This document shows positions 11,086-21,994 of a stretch of 64,000 bases of DNA, in pieces; position 1 is the stretch's first letter, and every line of letters begins with the position of its first letter. The notes under the pieces are model-generated. The model saw only the letters and a list, made by a program, of their open reading frames with translations, made no database searches and had not been told where the DNA came from. The DNA is from Cyanophyceae cyanobacterium. Lineage in GTDB: Bacteria; Cyanobacteriota; Cyanobacteriia; Cyanobacteriales; JBHJGN01. A program made the position numbers and the translations under genes. The stretch covers positions 141,986-205,985 of the forward strand of contig JBHJGN010000004.1 of assembly GCA_050331735.1 (NCBI GenBank), written 5' to 3'.

Positions 11086-11679
11086 TTACGGCGATCTAAA
11101 CGGATTCGCTAAAACACCTAAAATACTGTTAATTTCTTTAATATAAAAATCACTGAGATCGATAAAAACTTGCTGATTAACAAGTTTAAGAAATTTCCAG
11201 ATAGAGCCAGTCGTCACGGCACCATAGATGAATTCCGTCTCTTGTTGATTAAAACGCTGTGCAGCAACCATTTCAGCAATACACTGTCCTAATCCACCTT
11301 TGATATTTTCGTTTTTTGCTTCTACTAAAGTGACGACAGGAGTACGAATTTCATAGATTTCTGGCGATGCGGTCAGAATGTAGTCGCAGTATCCGTTCAA
11401 TCCAATACTAAAATCAACATTGAATTCTACCCCCGAAAAAAAGCTGATTTTGTAATCGAAGATCCGGCGAACTTCTAGCAAAACTGGAGCAATTATTAAT
11501 TCAGAGCGAGCTTTTTCTGTATTAATTGCACTAGCAAGCGGTAAATTTTCTCGAAGCGTTTGTTGCAGATACTGACTTGGCTCAATAGGTTCTATGCTGG
11601 TAAATAAATAGTCTTCTGCAATGGCAAGATCGAAAGCAACTCTTGCTTTCGTAATCGTTGTGAAATCACTGTAAGCCAT
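11086..11679 (-). CDS. Multicopy cyanobacterial protein, probable PD-(D/E)xK-like fold
   Basis: MAYSDF, TEKARSELII, GYCDY, VEAKNEN, GQCIAEM and GAVTTG motifs. Confidence 0.8.
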   Translation of the reverse strand: MAYSDFTTITKARVAFDLAIAEDYLFTSIEPIEPSQYLQQTLRENLPLASAINTEKARSELIIAPVLLEVRRIFDYKISFFSGVEFNVDFSIGLNGYCDYILTASPEIYEIRTPVVTLVEAKNENIKGGLGQCIAEMVAAQRFNQQETEFIYGAVTTGSIWKFLKLVNQQVFIDLSDFYIKEINSILGVLANPFRSP

Positions 11680-11775
11680 TGTTTTTACCCAGTTCGTTTT
11701 TGAAAGCTACACAGTTTGAATGAGGGGAAAGGGCGGCATGGTTAAGCCAGTAGCTAGAGCTGAAATTAGCAGAAG

Positions 11776-12639
11776 CTAGTGCGATCGCGGATTAAAGACT
11801 TCGCTGAGTCCTTCTCCGAGCAGCGAGAGTCCAACCACCATTGAAGACATGGCTAAGCCTGGAAATAGGGCCGTCCACCAAATTCCAGTGGGGAGAGCAT
11901 CGAGGGCTAGTTTGAGGTCGTGACCCCATTCTGGAACCGTTTCCGGCAATCCTAGACCTAGAAATCCGAGCGCCCCCAAAATGAGAATGGCATCGGCGGC
12001 GTTGAGGGTAAACAGCACTGGAACGCTTTGAATGACGTTGAAAAACAGATAGCGAGACAGCACTCTCGCTGGCGTAGCTCCCATTGCTCTAGCCGCTTCA
12101 ACGAACAGTTCGGTCTTAACGCTCGTTGTATGGTTGCGAACAACGCGAAAATACTGCGGCACATAGGAAATACTCAAGGCGATCGCCGCGTTCAAAACGC
12201 CGCGACCAACGACAAATGCTAAGGTGACAGACAGCAGCAGTCCGGGCAAGGTATAAATGGTATCCATCAAAAACAGCAATACCCGATCGACTTTGCCGCC
12301 TAAATAGCCGCTAATTAAACCGAGAGGAACGCCAACGATTAAGGATAAAGTGGTAGCGAGAACCACCACCTGGAGAGCTGCCTGAGAGCCGATTAGAGTC
12401 CGCGAAAAAACATCATAGCCCTGACGAGTCGTGCCAAACCAATAGTCAGCACCAGGAGGTTCGTGAATCGGATTAATTAAAGATTCAGTGGGATCTTGCA
12501 GCCATCCCCAGGCTTGCAACACTGGAGCGAGCAGGGCGACGCTGATGAAGAAAAGAGTAATGGCTAGCCCGACTAACATGAGCTGTCGAGACAGGCTTGG
12601 AGCCGTCAGACGGGGAAGGGTAAATTTTGTGGTGGTCAC
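11776..12639 (-). CDS. Peptide/nickel ABC transporter permease (DppC/OppC-like)
   Basis: WFGTTRQGYDVFSR, EAARAMGA loop and LGFLGLG...PEWG motifs. Confidence 0.92.
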   Translation of the reverse strand: MTTTKFTLPRLTAPSLSRQLMLVGLAITLFFISVALLAPVLQAWGWLQDPTESLINPIHEPPGADYWFGTTRQGYDVFSRTLIGSQAALQVVVLATTLSLIVGVPLGLISGYLGGKVDRVLLFLMDTIYTLPGLLLSVTLAFVVGRGVLNAAIALSISYVPQYFRVVRNHTTSVKTELFVEAARAMGATPARVLSRYLFFNVIQSVPVLFTLNAADAILILGALGFLGLGLPETVPEWGHDLKLALDALPTGIWWTALFPGLAMSSMVVGLSLLGEGLSEVFNPRSH

Positions 12640-12679
12640 TTTCTAACTCCATTGAATCTCCTAATAATTAATTTGTAGT

Positions 12680-12715
12680 AGGGAAAAAGGGGAAAGGGGA
12701 AGGGGAAAAGGGAAA
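12680..12715. repeat. GGGGAAA-type short tandem heptamer repeat (STRR-like)
   Basis: agggaaaaaggggaaaggggaaggggaaaagggaaa; same family as 31308-31366 and the copies inside the NRPS. Confidence 0.8.
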
Positions 12716-12931
12716 TTTGATGTTTATCTCCAAACTCTTAAGGATAAACCTCTCAAGAAAGAACTGAGATGATGACTAAAACTGGCCCGTCTGGGCTCTT
12801 AGTTTGCCAGAAGAGCCTCTTCGCGTCAAATGCTCAAGGAGGGCATACCTGCTCAGCATGCCCTCTGCGTGGAAATTGAGGAATATATACAAGGAACCCA
12901 CGGTCGGGTCACCTCAATCAACCTTGACTAT

Positions 12932-14326
12932 CTATTTAGCGGATACAGCCTCAGTGGGGAGAAAACTGTCGAGCACCTGACGGTATTCGCTCTTTTGCTT
13001 CACTCCTTTCATTTCCTGAAGCATTTCCTTGTCTTTAAAGAACTGAATGGTCGGCGTACCAACTACTTGAGCCGTTTTGGCAATGTCGGGATCTTCCACA
13101 ATATCGATCTCGACAAAGTGAATTTTGCCCTCGTACTCGTTAATAACGCTGTTAAGAATCGGCTTGAGCTGTTTGCAAGGACCGCAGGTTGGAGAGACAT
13201 ACTTGACCATAATCGGGCGATCACTTTCATGGAAGAGCCGACGCAGCGCGTAGCCTCCATGATACTTCGTGGCGTTGATGTCGAAGGTTTCTTCTGTATC
13301 CGCCGCGCTGGTCGCTGCTTGAGGCTCGGTTTTCGGCTCCTCTTCTGATGCTGGCTTTTGATGATACTCAGTAATGAGGTGATTAACAGAAAGCCAGCGC
13401 TCTGCCTCCATCGCTGCCATACAGCCTGTCCCCGCAGCGGTAATCGCCTGCCGATATTCGTGGTCCTGGACATCTCCAGCCGCATACACCCCCTCGACGC
13501 TTGTCGAGACAGTACCAGGCTGCACCTTGATATAGCCAACATTATCGAGTTCGAGCTGACCTTTAAACAGAGACGTATTGGGGTTATGACCGATGGCGTA
13601 GAATAAGCCTTTAACGTGGAGATCTGATTCTTCCCCAGTTTGATTATTGCGTAGCTTGATGCCATCGAGATGTTTGCCGTCCCCGAACACATCAACGGCC
13701 TCGGTGTTCCAATGAACGGTAATCTTAGGGTTATTAAATACCCGATCCTGCATCGTTTTGCTAGCACGTAACTCGTCCCGACGCACCAGCAAATGCACGT
13801 GGTCGCCATACTTAGTCAGATAAACCGCTTCTTCGGCGGCGGAGTCTCCGCCGCCAACAACTGCGACTTCCTGGCCGTGGAAAATGGGGCTAGCGCCATC
13901 GCAAATGGCACAGGCAGAAATCCCGTGACTCCAAAATTGGTTCTCGCAGGGGAGGTCTAACCGCTTTGCCGTTGCCCCTGTCGCAATCACGATGCTGTGA
14001 GCTTTCAATTCTCTTTCGTTGGAGCGAATCACAAACGGGCGCTGACTGAGATCGACATGAACAACGTCTTCTGTGTAGCTCTCGGTTCCCCAGCGGAGAG
14101 CCTGAGCCTTCATTCGTTCCATCAATTCGGGGCCTGTCAATCCTTCTGGGAAGCCGGGAAAATTTTCGACTTCTGTCGTGGTCATGAGCTGACCGCCCGG
14201 TATTCCGGCTTGATATCCTTCAAACATGACGGGCTTTAAATTAGCTCTAGCAGCATAGATAGCAGCCGTATAGCCAGCCGGACCAGAACCAATAATCACT
14301 AAATTTTCTACCTGGGAATTTGTCAT
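12932..14326 (-). CDS. trxB: NADPH-thioredoxin reductase C (NTR fused to thioredoxin, NTRC type)
   Basis: [16 protein letters not shown] active site, GGGDSA, and a C-terminal thioredoxin domain with CGPC; start ATG 14326. Confidence 0.95.
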   Translation of the reverse strand: MTNSQVENLVIIGSGPAGYTAAIYAARANLKPVMFEGYQAGIPGGQLMTTTEVENFPGFPEGLTGPELMERMKAQALRWGTESYTEDVVHVDLSQRPFVIRSNERELKAHSIVIATGATAKRLDLPCENQFWSHGISACAICDGASPIFHGQEVAVVGGGDSAAEEAVYLTKYGDHVHLLVRRDELRASKTMQDRVFNNPKITVHWNTEAVDVFGDGKHLDGIKLRNNQTGEESDLHVKGLFYAIGHNPNTSLFKGQLELDNVGYIKVQPGTVSTSVEGVYAAGDVQDHEYRQAITAAGTGCMAAMEAERWLSVNHLITEYHQKPASEEEPKTEPQAATSAADTEETFDINATKYHGGYALRRLFHESDRPIMVKYVSPTCGPCKQLKPILNSVINEYEGKIHFVEIDIVEDPDIAKTAQVVGTPTIQFFKDKEMLQEMKGVKQKSEYRQVLDSFLPTEAVSAK

Positions 14327-14762
14327 TCTTAAATGAAACTCATAACGACTACGTATAAGCACAGTATAATATATTTTCTCCCAATGAAAAAGACCTACAG
14401 CAGAATTTCAGCAGCAAACCCCTGAGCAAGCAATATTTGCTGTCATGTTGCTAGCTGAGCTACTGTGTAAAGCTGCAACGCTGGATTGAGCAGGAGCAAG
14501 CTTCGCGAACGTCGTTGTGTCAATTGCACGAAAACAACTTATTTGCCAATCGAAGATGGAGGAGAGCAAAGGAGCAGAAGAAGCGAAATGCTCTCCAGCT
14601 AGCAGCTCCCGGTGCTGTGTCTGCTTTAAAATTTAAGTCTACCCAGCTACGGCTCTTTAAGATTAACCGAAGCGATCGCCCCTGGAGCGGACTCTTACTA
14701 GATACAGATGAAGGACGTTAATTGCCAAAGCTACATTGTAGCCATCAAATGTGGAGAAAACG

Positions 14763-15407
14763 ATGAAACAGTTAAGACCTAATCGGAATCAAGCTCAAGT
14801 CCTGGCAGCCGTTTTTGGCGTACTGACGGGTCTACCAGCGATGATGCAAGAGGCTAAAGCTCAGTCTCCAGCTCCTGCCCTCGCTCAATGTCCAGGAATT
14901 TACTACGAAGAACCCTTCAACAGCATTGCTCTTGTTCCTGAAGGATGTCCGCCCAATGCCTATACGGGTCAACAGGGACAAGCTCCGGTTGCTCCTTTAC
15001 CGGGTACGGTTGACGAGTCCGTTGCGCCGCTACCTGGTGATGCCGATATACCAGCTTCTGCTCCACCTCTTCCAGAAGAGCGCAGCGACCCCGTGGCCAT
15101 GATCATGCCTGTGGACGGACAAGTGAGCGTGACGATCAAAAACAACACAAACGCCATCATCACCTATGAAGCCGTTGGACATACCGAACGACGCTATTTA
15201 CAGGGCGGAGAAGAAACAATGCTCACCGATTTACCACTCCCCTTAACGCTAACGATGGTGCGGCAAGATGATGGCTTTATTGAAGTGAAGCCCCTCGCTT
15301 CTGATTCAGGAATGCTCGAGGTGACCCTAGATGAAGAGGCACAACCCCTCGACGATAACCAAGGAGTGCTGAGAATTCAAGAAGATGGACAAGTCTTTTT
15401 GAACTAG
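14763..15407 (+). CDS. Secreted hypothetical protein
   Basis: Signal-peptide-like N-terminus ending EAKA, CPGIYYEEPF...GCPPN motif, Pro-rich linker, beta-rich C-terminal domain. Confidence 0.75.
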   Translation: MKQLRPNRNQAQVLAAVFGVLTGLPAMMQEAKAQSPAPALAQCPGIYYEEPFNSIALVPEGCPPNAYTGQQGQAPVAPLPGTVDESVAPLPGDADIPASAPPLPEERSDPVAMIMPVDGQVSVTIKNNTNAIITYEAVGHTERRYLQGGEETMLTDLPLPLTLTMVRQDDGFIEVKPLASDSGMLEVTLDEEAQPLDDNQGVLRIQEDGQVFLN

Positions 15408-15631
15408 ATGCCGCTCCGGGGACCAGAGACGAGTAGACGAGCAAGCGATCAAATCTGTGTAGGAGCGACAACAAGCGATCGCAGGAGAAAGCAGTAATTC
15501 CTTTTCCTGCACCAAGGCTAATATACATGAGGGATCTGAGCTGAATTTGAATACCTTGCGCTAACCTGAAGACGGTATCGGCAGGAAGCTTCAAGCTTGG
15601 CAAAGCGATTTTTTGGGCAAGTTTATCCTCC

Positions 15632-16624
15632 CTATCTAGCATAGCTGGGGTTTTCCCCTCTTCCTTGCTCCGCTTCGGTAAGGCGTTTAGTCTGCCGAAA
15701 AACTTCTTCTGCAAAAGCAGAATCAGAGCGCATTCGTTCAAAAAAGCGAATCAAGTCTTCTGGAGAACCTGTAAAAGCCATGCGAACGCTAGCATAGTTT
15801 ACTTCAATGCTTGGCGCTTCCTCGGTTGTTGATGCTTGGGGCTCGGAGTTAGAAACGCTAACGTCAGAGGACTGATTCGCTGTGGAGGGGTCATCTTGAC
15901 GAGTATCGGTTTCATCAAGAATTTCTTGAATTGTTGCCGTTCGACCAGAAAACCGACCCGCTAAAATTCTGACAGGGGTTCCAACGGTGAGTTGACTGCT
16001 ATGCTCGAGCTCATCGGCTCTGTAGAGCTTAATAATACTGCCTACATCCGCGATCCGCACCCGAAACCTCGTGTTGGCACTGGGCCGTATTGGTACTTGA
16101 CGAGCGTTTGTTTCCATTACCGAAACCTCAATCGTTTGTAAAGGCTTCTCTTGAATTGGAGATTCTCGTGCTGAGCCAGCCATAAAAACCTTGTTGGCAG
16201 TTGCTTTTTTGTAGTACCCAACGATTGTTTTGGCCTTGGAGTAGGTAATAGATTCTCCTTGATGTGCCCGAGCGAGGGCTTTGTGGCGAGCTTCAGGCGG
16301 GGTGGAAGGAGCAGCTAAGAGATAAAGGGCGGATACAGCAATATCCAAATTCTTAAAGTTTACGCTTTTAAACTGTTCGTAAACCTGCATAAATTTAGTA
16401 GCTGCTGACAGACTTAACTCAAATTCAGCAAGCAGCCAGTTTCTAAAGTTTCCGTGACCAAGTTGCTCTTTTACTTCCGTTAATTTTTGTCCGACATTAA
16501 CGATATCTTGGGCTGTTCGGCGCAGAATATTTTTGATTTCAATCGTTCGCTGCTGAACAACTCCTCGAGTTTCCTGAGCGAGAGCATTATAGTCAAAGTG
16601 TTGAGATTGAATAAGGTCGTTCAT
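15632..16624 (-). CDS. DUF3102-domain protein with a C-terminal KOW-like motif
   Basis: FDYNAL...TAQDIVNVGQKLTEVKEQLGHGNFRNWL...SALYLLAAPSTP; later VGTPVRILAGRFSGRTATIQEI. Confidence 0.8.
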   Translation of the reverse strand: MNDLIQSQHFDYNALAQETRGVVQQRTIEIKNILRRTAQDIVNVGQKLTEVKEQLGHGNFRNWLLAEFELSLSAATKFMQVYEQFKSVNFKNLDIAVSALYLLAAPSTPPEARHKALARAHQGESITYSKAKTIVGYYKKATANKVFMAGSARESPIQEKPLQTIEVSVMETNARQVPIRPSANTRFRVRIADVGSIIKLYRADELEHSSQLTVGTPVRILAGRFSGRTATIQEILDETDTRQDDPSTANQSSDVSVSNSEPQASTTEEAPSIEVNYASVRMAFTGSPEDLIRFFERMRSDSAFAEEVFRQTKRLTEAEQGRGENPSYAR

Positions 16625-16950
16625 ATCCTCCTAGTCTGGCTAATATCACTTAAAAATAAGAATAGAAAACTGACATGTCTTTACCGTGACGATCAGATGA
16701 CAATAAAATGACAAGCTCCGTCGGGTAGAACTATCAAGCTTCTGCATATTGAACCAAATTGCTTCTATATCAAGAAGTTTTAGTCAAAAATCACTCTATC
16801 GATAGAGAAAGCCTAAGCTGACTTCAGTTAATATACTATGAAGAAATAAAGCGTTAAGTTTCGTAAATTTCAACAAATTCAAACTCTACAAATAAACTAG
16901 AAAGCAATTCGCTTTACTTAATCGTTGAAGATCGTTAATCAAGCTTGAAA

Positions 16951-17766
16951 ATGCTTAATATATCCGTTAAGAATCAAACAAAGAAATCAGGATTTCGTTT
17001 GGGGGCGATCGCGCTATCTGTAACAGCGCTGCTGCTTTCTGGCTGCAATCAACCAGAAGAAATCTCCCAAACTAACACAACAACTGAAGAAGTCACAGAA
17101 GAAACCGAACAGCTCATTGGAGAAACCGTTACCATTCGCAGCGATGTCGCAGCGGAAGTAGGCGATGCTAGCTTCACCCTGCAATCAGATGAATTCTTTG
17201 GCGGGGAAGAAATCCTGGTTGTTAATGCCACCGGTACGGCAATTTTGCTGCCTCCCGATGATACTCCCGTTCAGGTGACGGGAGAAGTGGTCCAGTTTGT
17301 GCTTGCAGACATTGAATCAGAGTACGGACTAGGGCTAGATCCGGAACTGTATGTTGAATACGAAGAACAACCTGCCATTATTGCTGAGTCTGTTGCCCTT
17401 GCCCCTGAACCGGAAGAATTGGCAGAAGACCCGGCAGCCTACTACAATCAGGTTGTTGCTGTAGAAGGAGAAGTAGCCGAAGTTTATTCTCCCAGCACCT
17501 TTACCGTCGGCGAAGAAGGCTGGTTTAGCGGCGGTGAGCTACTGGTTGTCGGCGTTGACCCAGAGTTCAGCATTGGAGATGCCGCCGTTGAAGAAGGAGA
17601 GTACGTCACCGTCACGGGTGTTCTGCGTCCTTACGTGAGTGCTGATTTTGAACGCGACTACGATCTCACCTGGGATCTAGATTTGCAGCAGCAAATTGAG
17701 GCAGAATATACTGAAACCCCCGTTTTAGCGGCTACTGAAGTATATCCATCGGCTATCGAGGAATAA
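16951..17766 (+). CDS. Acidic lipoprotein with two internal repeats
   Basis: Lipobox LLLSGC; duplicated unit (IGETVTIRSDV...EEILVV and YNQVVAVEGEV...GELLVV); paralog of 20034..20855. Confidence 0.85.
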   Translation: MLNISVKNQTKKSGFRLGAIALSVTALLLSGCNQPEEISQTNTTTEEVTEETEQLIGETVTIRSDVAAEVGDASFTLQSDEFFGGEEILVVNATGTAILLPPDDTPVQVTGEVVQFVLADIESEYGLGLDPELYVEYEEQPAIIAESVALAPEPEELAEDPAAYYNQVVAVEGEVAEVYSPSTFTVGEEGWFSGGELLVVGVDPEFSIGDAAVEEGEYVTVTGVLRPYVSADFERDYDLTWDLDLQQQIEAEYTETPVLAATEVYPSAIEE

Positions 17767-17776
17767 ACTTTGAACG

Positions 17777-17820
17777 ATCGCTAAAACGAGCGGAATCTTG
17801 AGTTTCGCTCTTTTAGCGAT
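17777..17820 (+). terminator. Long stem-loop after the lipoprotein gene
   Basis: ATCGCTAAAA-cGAGCG...CGCTC-TTTTAGCGAT inverted repeat. Confidence 0.55.
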
Positions 17821-17972
17821 GCCTACGACGGCTCACTTTGTTCTGGCGTTTCAGTCATTTTTGAGAGATGTTTTCCTAAAAAACCTCCTCTTACCTGTTG
17901 TAGATGAAAAAAGCGATCGCTAATAGTATATTTGGAGCGGTGAAGCTTCAACAGATAAGCGCCTGAAAGAGC

Positions 17973-20003
17973 ATGGAACAGCGACAGGGACATAAAAAAC
18001 TGAAAAAATGGAGTAAGCGATTCGCGACAGGAATACTTGGATGCATTTTACTGCTGCTTTTGTCAGTGCCTACGGCTGCCCGCAACACTCCTGAAATTCC
18101 CATTTTAGATAATCAGCCTCTAGAAGTTCCTCAGTCTCAACCGACCGTGACTCCTGCTATAACTTCTGGATTGACCGATCCTCAAGAGTTTGCGGCATTT
18201 ACTAACGACTTCTTTCACAAGCAGCTATCAAAGTCAAAAATTCCTGGGGCAGTCATCTCCGTTGTTAAAGATGGCAAAGTGTTTTTTAGCAAGGGCTATG
18301 GCTATGCCAACTTAGAAAAGAAAATCCCTGTCGATGCCGAACGAACTGTGTTTCGTGTCGCCTCTTTGTCCAAGCTATTTACCTCTACAGCGGTGATGCA
18401 GCTTTACGAACGTAATCTCATTGATATTCACAGTGATGTTAATGAATATCTAGAAGGTTGGCAGCTAGAGAATCCTTATTCCGAACCGGTCACTCCGGCT
18501 CGGATGATGATGCACACCGACGGGACAACACAGCGTCTAATCGGACTGGGGGCGCGAACAGAAGCACAGATGAAGCCGTTAGCCCAATATCTGCCCGAAT
18601 ACATGCCGCCGATTAACTATTTACCCGGCAAGTTTTATAGCTATTCTAATCACAGTATTGCCCTGGCAGGCTATTTAGTAGAACAAGTAGCAGGGGTTCC
18701 TTTTGTCGAGTATATCGACCAAAACATCTTGCAGCCTTTGGCTATGCAGCGCAGTAGCTTTCAGCAGCCGCCTCCACCGGAACTGGCAGACGATTTCGCT
18801 GTTGGCTATCGGGTAGCAGGGGGTCAATCAGAACCCGTTCCTTACCTCTATCTTAATATTGCGCCAGCGGCGGCATTGGAAACAACTGCCACCGATATGG
18901 CTCACTTTATGCTGGCTCATCTCCAGCAGGGACGCTACCAAAATGCCCAAATTCTCCAGCCAGAAACCGCCCGGTTGATGCATCAAACTCACTACCAGAT
19001 TCATCCGCAGCTACCCGGTACGAGTTATGGCTTCCGAGAAAGATTGGTCAACAATCGACGAGCTATCGGACACTTAGGCAGCCTGCGGGGGTACTCTAGT
19101 TCTCTGACTCTGATTTCTGAAGAAGGTATCGGCATTTTTATTGCTGCTAACAGCTTTAATAACCTCCACGGACAATACATCGCTCAATTTTTTGATCGCT
19201 ATTTCCCCAAGCCCACAGAATCACTCGCTACTCCGCAACTCTCTCAGCAGCAGTTAGCTCGCTATACAGGAACTTATCGGGATATGGAATACCCGCGAGC
19301 GACAATGGCCAAAATCGTCGGCGTGTTTCAGCATACTAAGATTACTACACAGCCAGACGGTACGCTACTTGCTCAAACTCCTAACCTGTTTTTTAGAGGA
19401 GTAGACAGCACCAAGCTCATTCCGACTGAAGAACCACGACTATTTCGCCGTCAGAGCGATGGTGATTTTACCTTCTTTGTTGAAGATGCATCGGGCAACA
19501 TAACCCACGTTTCTAACCCGCTCTACCCTAAAATCGGTACTTATCAGCGAGTGCATTGGTACGAAACAATCGGAGTCCATCTCGGCTTACTCGCTTTTTG
19601 CGTTCTTTTTTTCCTGACGGCTACGATTGCGGGAATAATTCGCCCGTTGGTGCGGGCTTTACAAGGAGAAGCTCTCTGTCCGCCCAAACTCACTGCGGCT
19701 CGCACCATAGCAGGCTTAATTGGCCTCCTCAACCTAATATTCTTAGTTGGTTTGCCTCTGTATCTGTGGCGGTGGGGCGCTTGGAAACTGGTGTACGGTG
19801 TGCCACCTGTCGCCGTTGGGTTCTTCTGTTTGCCAATACTGACAACGCTATTGTCTTTACTGTTACTAATTTTGATGCTGATTGTCTGGAGAAGGCCTGT
19901 GTGGTCATTAGGAGCGCGATCGCACTATAGTCTAGTCACGCTGGCGGCGATCGCCTTTATTCCCCTGCTAATGTACTGGAACCTTCTCGGGTTTCAATTT
20001 TAG
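17973..20003 (+). CDS. Serine hydrolase (class C beta-lactamase/PBP-like) with C-terminal TM helices
   Basis: FRVASLSK (SxxK), YSYSN (YxN), GHLG; N-terminal signal/TM and C-terminal TM helices. Confidence 0.9.
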   Translation: MEQRQGHKKLKKWSKRFATGILGCILLLLLSVPTAARNTPEIPILDNQPLEVPQSQPTVTPAITSGLTDPQEFAAFTNDFFHKQLSKSKIPGAVISVVKDGKVFFSKGYGYANLEKKIPVDAERTVFRVASLSKLFTSTAVMQLYERNLIDIHSDVNEYLEGWQLENPYSEPVTPARMMMHTDGTTQRLIGLGARTEAQMKPLAQYLPEYMPPINYLPGKFYSYSNHSIALAGYLVEQVAGVPFVEYIDQNILQPLAMQRSSFQQPPPPELADDFAVGYRVAGGQSEPVPYLYLNIAPAAALETTATDMAHFMLAHLQQGRYQNAQILQPETARLMHQTHYQIHPQLPGTSYGFRERLVNNRRAIGHLGSLRGYSSSLTLISEEGIGIFIAANSFNNLHGQYIAQFFDRYFPKPTESLATPQLSQQQLARYTGTYRDMEYPRATMAKIVGVFQHTKITTQPDGTLLAQTPNLFFRGVDSTKLIPTEEPRLFRRQSDGDFTFFVEDASGNITHVSNPLYPKIGTYQRVHWYETIGVHLGLLAFCVLFFLTATIAGIIRPLVRALQGEALCPPKLTAARTIAGLIGLLNLIFLVGLPLYLWRWGAWKLVYGVPPVAVGFFCLPILTTLLSLLLLILMLIVWRRPVWSLGARSHYSLVTLAAIAFIPLLMYWNLLGFQF

Positions 20004-20033
20004 TGATTATTTTGAGCCAAGAGCGCTCTTGGC

Positions 20034-20855
20034 TTATTCTCCTAGAGAAGAAACTTCGTGAGCCACTAAAACAGGAATGTTAGCATATTCTGCCTCAAGC
20101 TGTTGTTGAACTGATAAATCCCAGTCTAGTTCGTATTCCTGTTCAAACTCCGCTAAAACAAAGGGACGCAAAATGCCAATCACAACAACATTGGCTTCGT
20201 TTTGAGCTTCAATTCCCGGCTGAGAGACAATAACGAGTAAATCTTCAGCTTCAAATACCTGTTCTTCATCCAGCTTAAACACTCCCGCTACAATCGTCTC
20301 TTCTACCTCTCCCTCAACGGCGATCTCTCGGTCATAGTAAGCTTCTGGGTTTTGAGTCACATCGCCCGGGTCTGGAGATAACGTCACGGTATCAGCAATA
20401 ATTGCTGGCTTATTTTCGTACTCTTGGTACAGGTTTGGCTCTAGCGTCAGATTGTACTTGCGTTCCATTTCGGTACGCACAAACAGCTCCACTTTCCCGC
20501 TGACCCGCACTTCGGTTTCTTCTCCTCGGGGAAGCGCTAGGGAATCCGACGGACTGACGACTAATACAGGCTGCCCCCCAAACACCTGATCCTCATCTAA
20601 AGTAAAAGCTTTCTCGCTAAGAATTTTCTGAATATCGTTGCGAACGGTTACCCTTTGCCCAATTAAGTCCTCATTATCGGTGATGTCAGCTACATCCAGT
20701 TGAGCATCGTTATCGGTGGTGGAAGAGGGATTGGGAGGAGCGATACAGCCGAACGAGAGCATGGTGGCAATGGCGACTGAGCACCCGGCACTCAGTCGGA
20801 TGCTCGTTCCCACGGTGCTGCTCAGTGCCGAGCTAATAGGAAAAAAAACTTTCAC
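20034..20855 (-). CDS. Lipoprotein with two internal repeats, paralog of 16951..17766
   Basis: LSFGC lipobox-like motif; shares LYQEYENKPAIIA, NPEAYY and LDWDLSVQQQLEAEY-type motifs with 16951..17766. Start uncertain. Confidence 0.82.
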   Translation of the reverse strand: MKVFFPISSALSSTVGTSIRLSAGCSVAIATMLSFGCIAPPNPSSTTDNDAQLDVADITDNEDLIGQRVTVRNDIQKILSEKAFTLDEDQVFGGQPVLVVSPSDSLALPRGEETEVRVSGKVELFVRTEMERKYNLTLEPNLYQEYENKPAIIADTVTLSPDPGDVTQNPEAYYDREIAVEGEVEETIVAGVFKLDEEQVFEAEDLLVIVSQPGIEAQNEANVVVIGILRPFVLAEFEQEYELDWDLSVQQQLEAEYANIPVLVAHEVSSLGE

Positions 20856-20970
20856 GTTGAATAAGTGAGACGAAATAGAAAAATATGCAAGCTATATTAG
20901 ATTAGCACGGCATAAAATCGAAAAAATCCTCCAAAAGCCACAAATAAAGCCTATTAGCCCGATAAAAAAC

Positions 20971-21783
20971 TTACCTAACGGCATAGCGTCGGTAACGAGC
21001 GGCAATAAACATATACAATCCATACGCCATGAACCCAGTTCCCACCAGGCCCAACCATAGCGAACCGAAAGTCTGCTCCTCTAGAGTTTGAAAAGCATGC
21101 TGCATTCCTCCTGCGGCCTCTGAACTTGCATAAAATGCCGCCTGTACGGTGAAGGTTCCGATTAAAACAAAGGCAATGCCCCGAGCAGCAACTCCCACTT
21201 TTCCGATGCGTGTTGCCCATCGTTCTAGTCGATGATGAATATCTGAGGACTGAAACTCGCTGACATAAGACCCTGTCCACGCTCCGTAGAGGTAGCCTAA
21301 ACCAACGGCTATCACGGCGAGGCCGCCAAGAAAGACCAACCATTCTCCAAACGGTAGCTCAAACAGTTGATTGGCTAAGTCCTCGATGATGTCGTCATTT
21401 TGCCCTTGCCCTTGTGCTAAATTAGCCGCCGTCAAGCTAACTCCAGCATAGCTGGTCGCGCTCATCGCATAGCCGATTCGTTTGCCAACTCTTTTGAGGG
21501 ATAAAGAATGAGAACCGGGATCGATGGCTACCTGAATCAACCGTCGCAGCACATAGCCTAGTAAAGCGACTGCTAACAGACCCAGGAATAGCTGTCCGAG
21601 GGGCTGACGCGCGAGAGTGGTTAGGGTGAGATACGTTCCTGCCGCTTCCTCAGCGGGTATTAGGGCGGCTCGCACTGCCAAGATGCCGATCAGCAGGTAA
21701 ACACTTCCTTTAGCGGCATAGCCAATCAAAATAAATGCTTGAATCCACGGATGAGCGATCGCCCGCTTGAGCCACTTCTGCAT
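20971..21783 (-). CDS. DUF1206-family membrane protein
   Basis: GYAAKGSVYLLIG and repeated QPLG/LPFG/QTFG..WL units; ends ARYRR. Confidence 0.85.
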   Translation of the reverse strand: MQKWLKRAIAHPWIQAFILIGYAAKGSVYLLIGILAVRAALIPAEEAAGTYLTLTTLARQPLGQLFLGLLAVALLGYVLRRLIQVAIDPGSHSLSLKRVGKRIGYAMSATSYAGVSLTAANLAQGQGQNDDIIEDLANQLFELPFGEWLVFLGGLAVIAVGLGYLYGAWTGSYVSEFQSSDIHHRLERWATRIGKVGVAARGIAFVLIGTFTVQAAFYASSEAAGGMQHAFQTLEEQTFGSLWLGLVGTGFMAYGLYMFIAARYRRYAVR

Positions 21784-21994
21784 CTGATAAAATTAAGTCG
21801 TGCTCCTTGGCATCATTTCTGAAAATAGACTCCGTTAATCTGCCAAGAATTCTATTTTCGTCTCTAATACTCGACCTAGCAACCTACTCAGGTATTAAGT
21901 CAAAACCGACACCCCCCTCAAAAGGATTTAAAGAGTAGTGTTGTTGTCTATACCAATAGTTACACCATCAACTCTCACGCCGCGTGGTGCTGAG

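Noticed and set aside
14339..14362. Imperfect palindrome upstream of the NTRC gene as an operator
   Set aside because: Symmetry is too weak, and I cannot match it confidently to a known regulator consensus.
15277..15741. 154-aa minus-strand ORF downstream of the DUF3102 gene
   Set aside because: Overlaps both neighbouring genes and has no recognisable motif; a shorter version from the internal ATG cannot be excluded but is unsupported.
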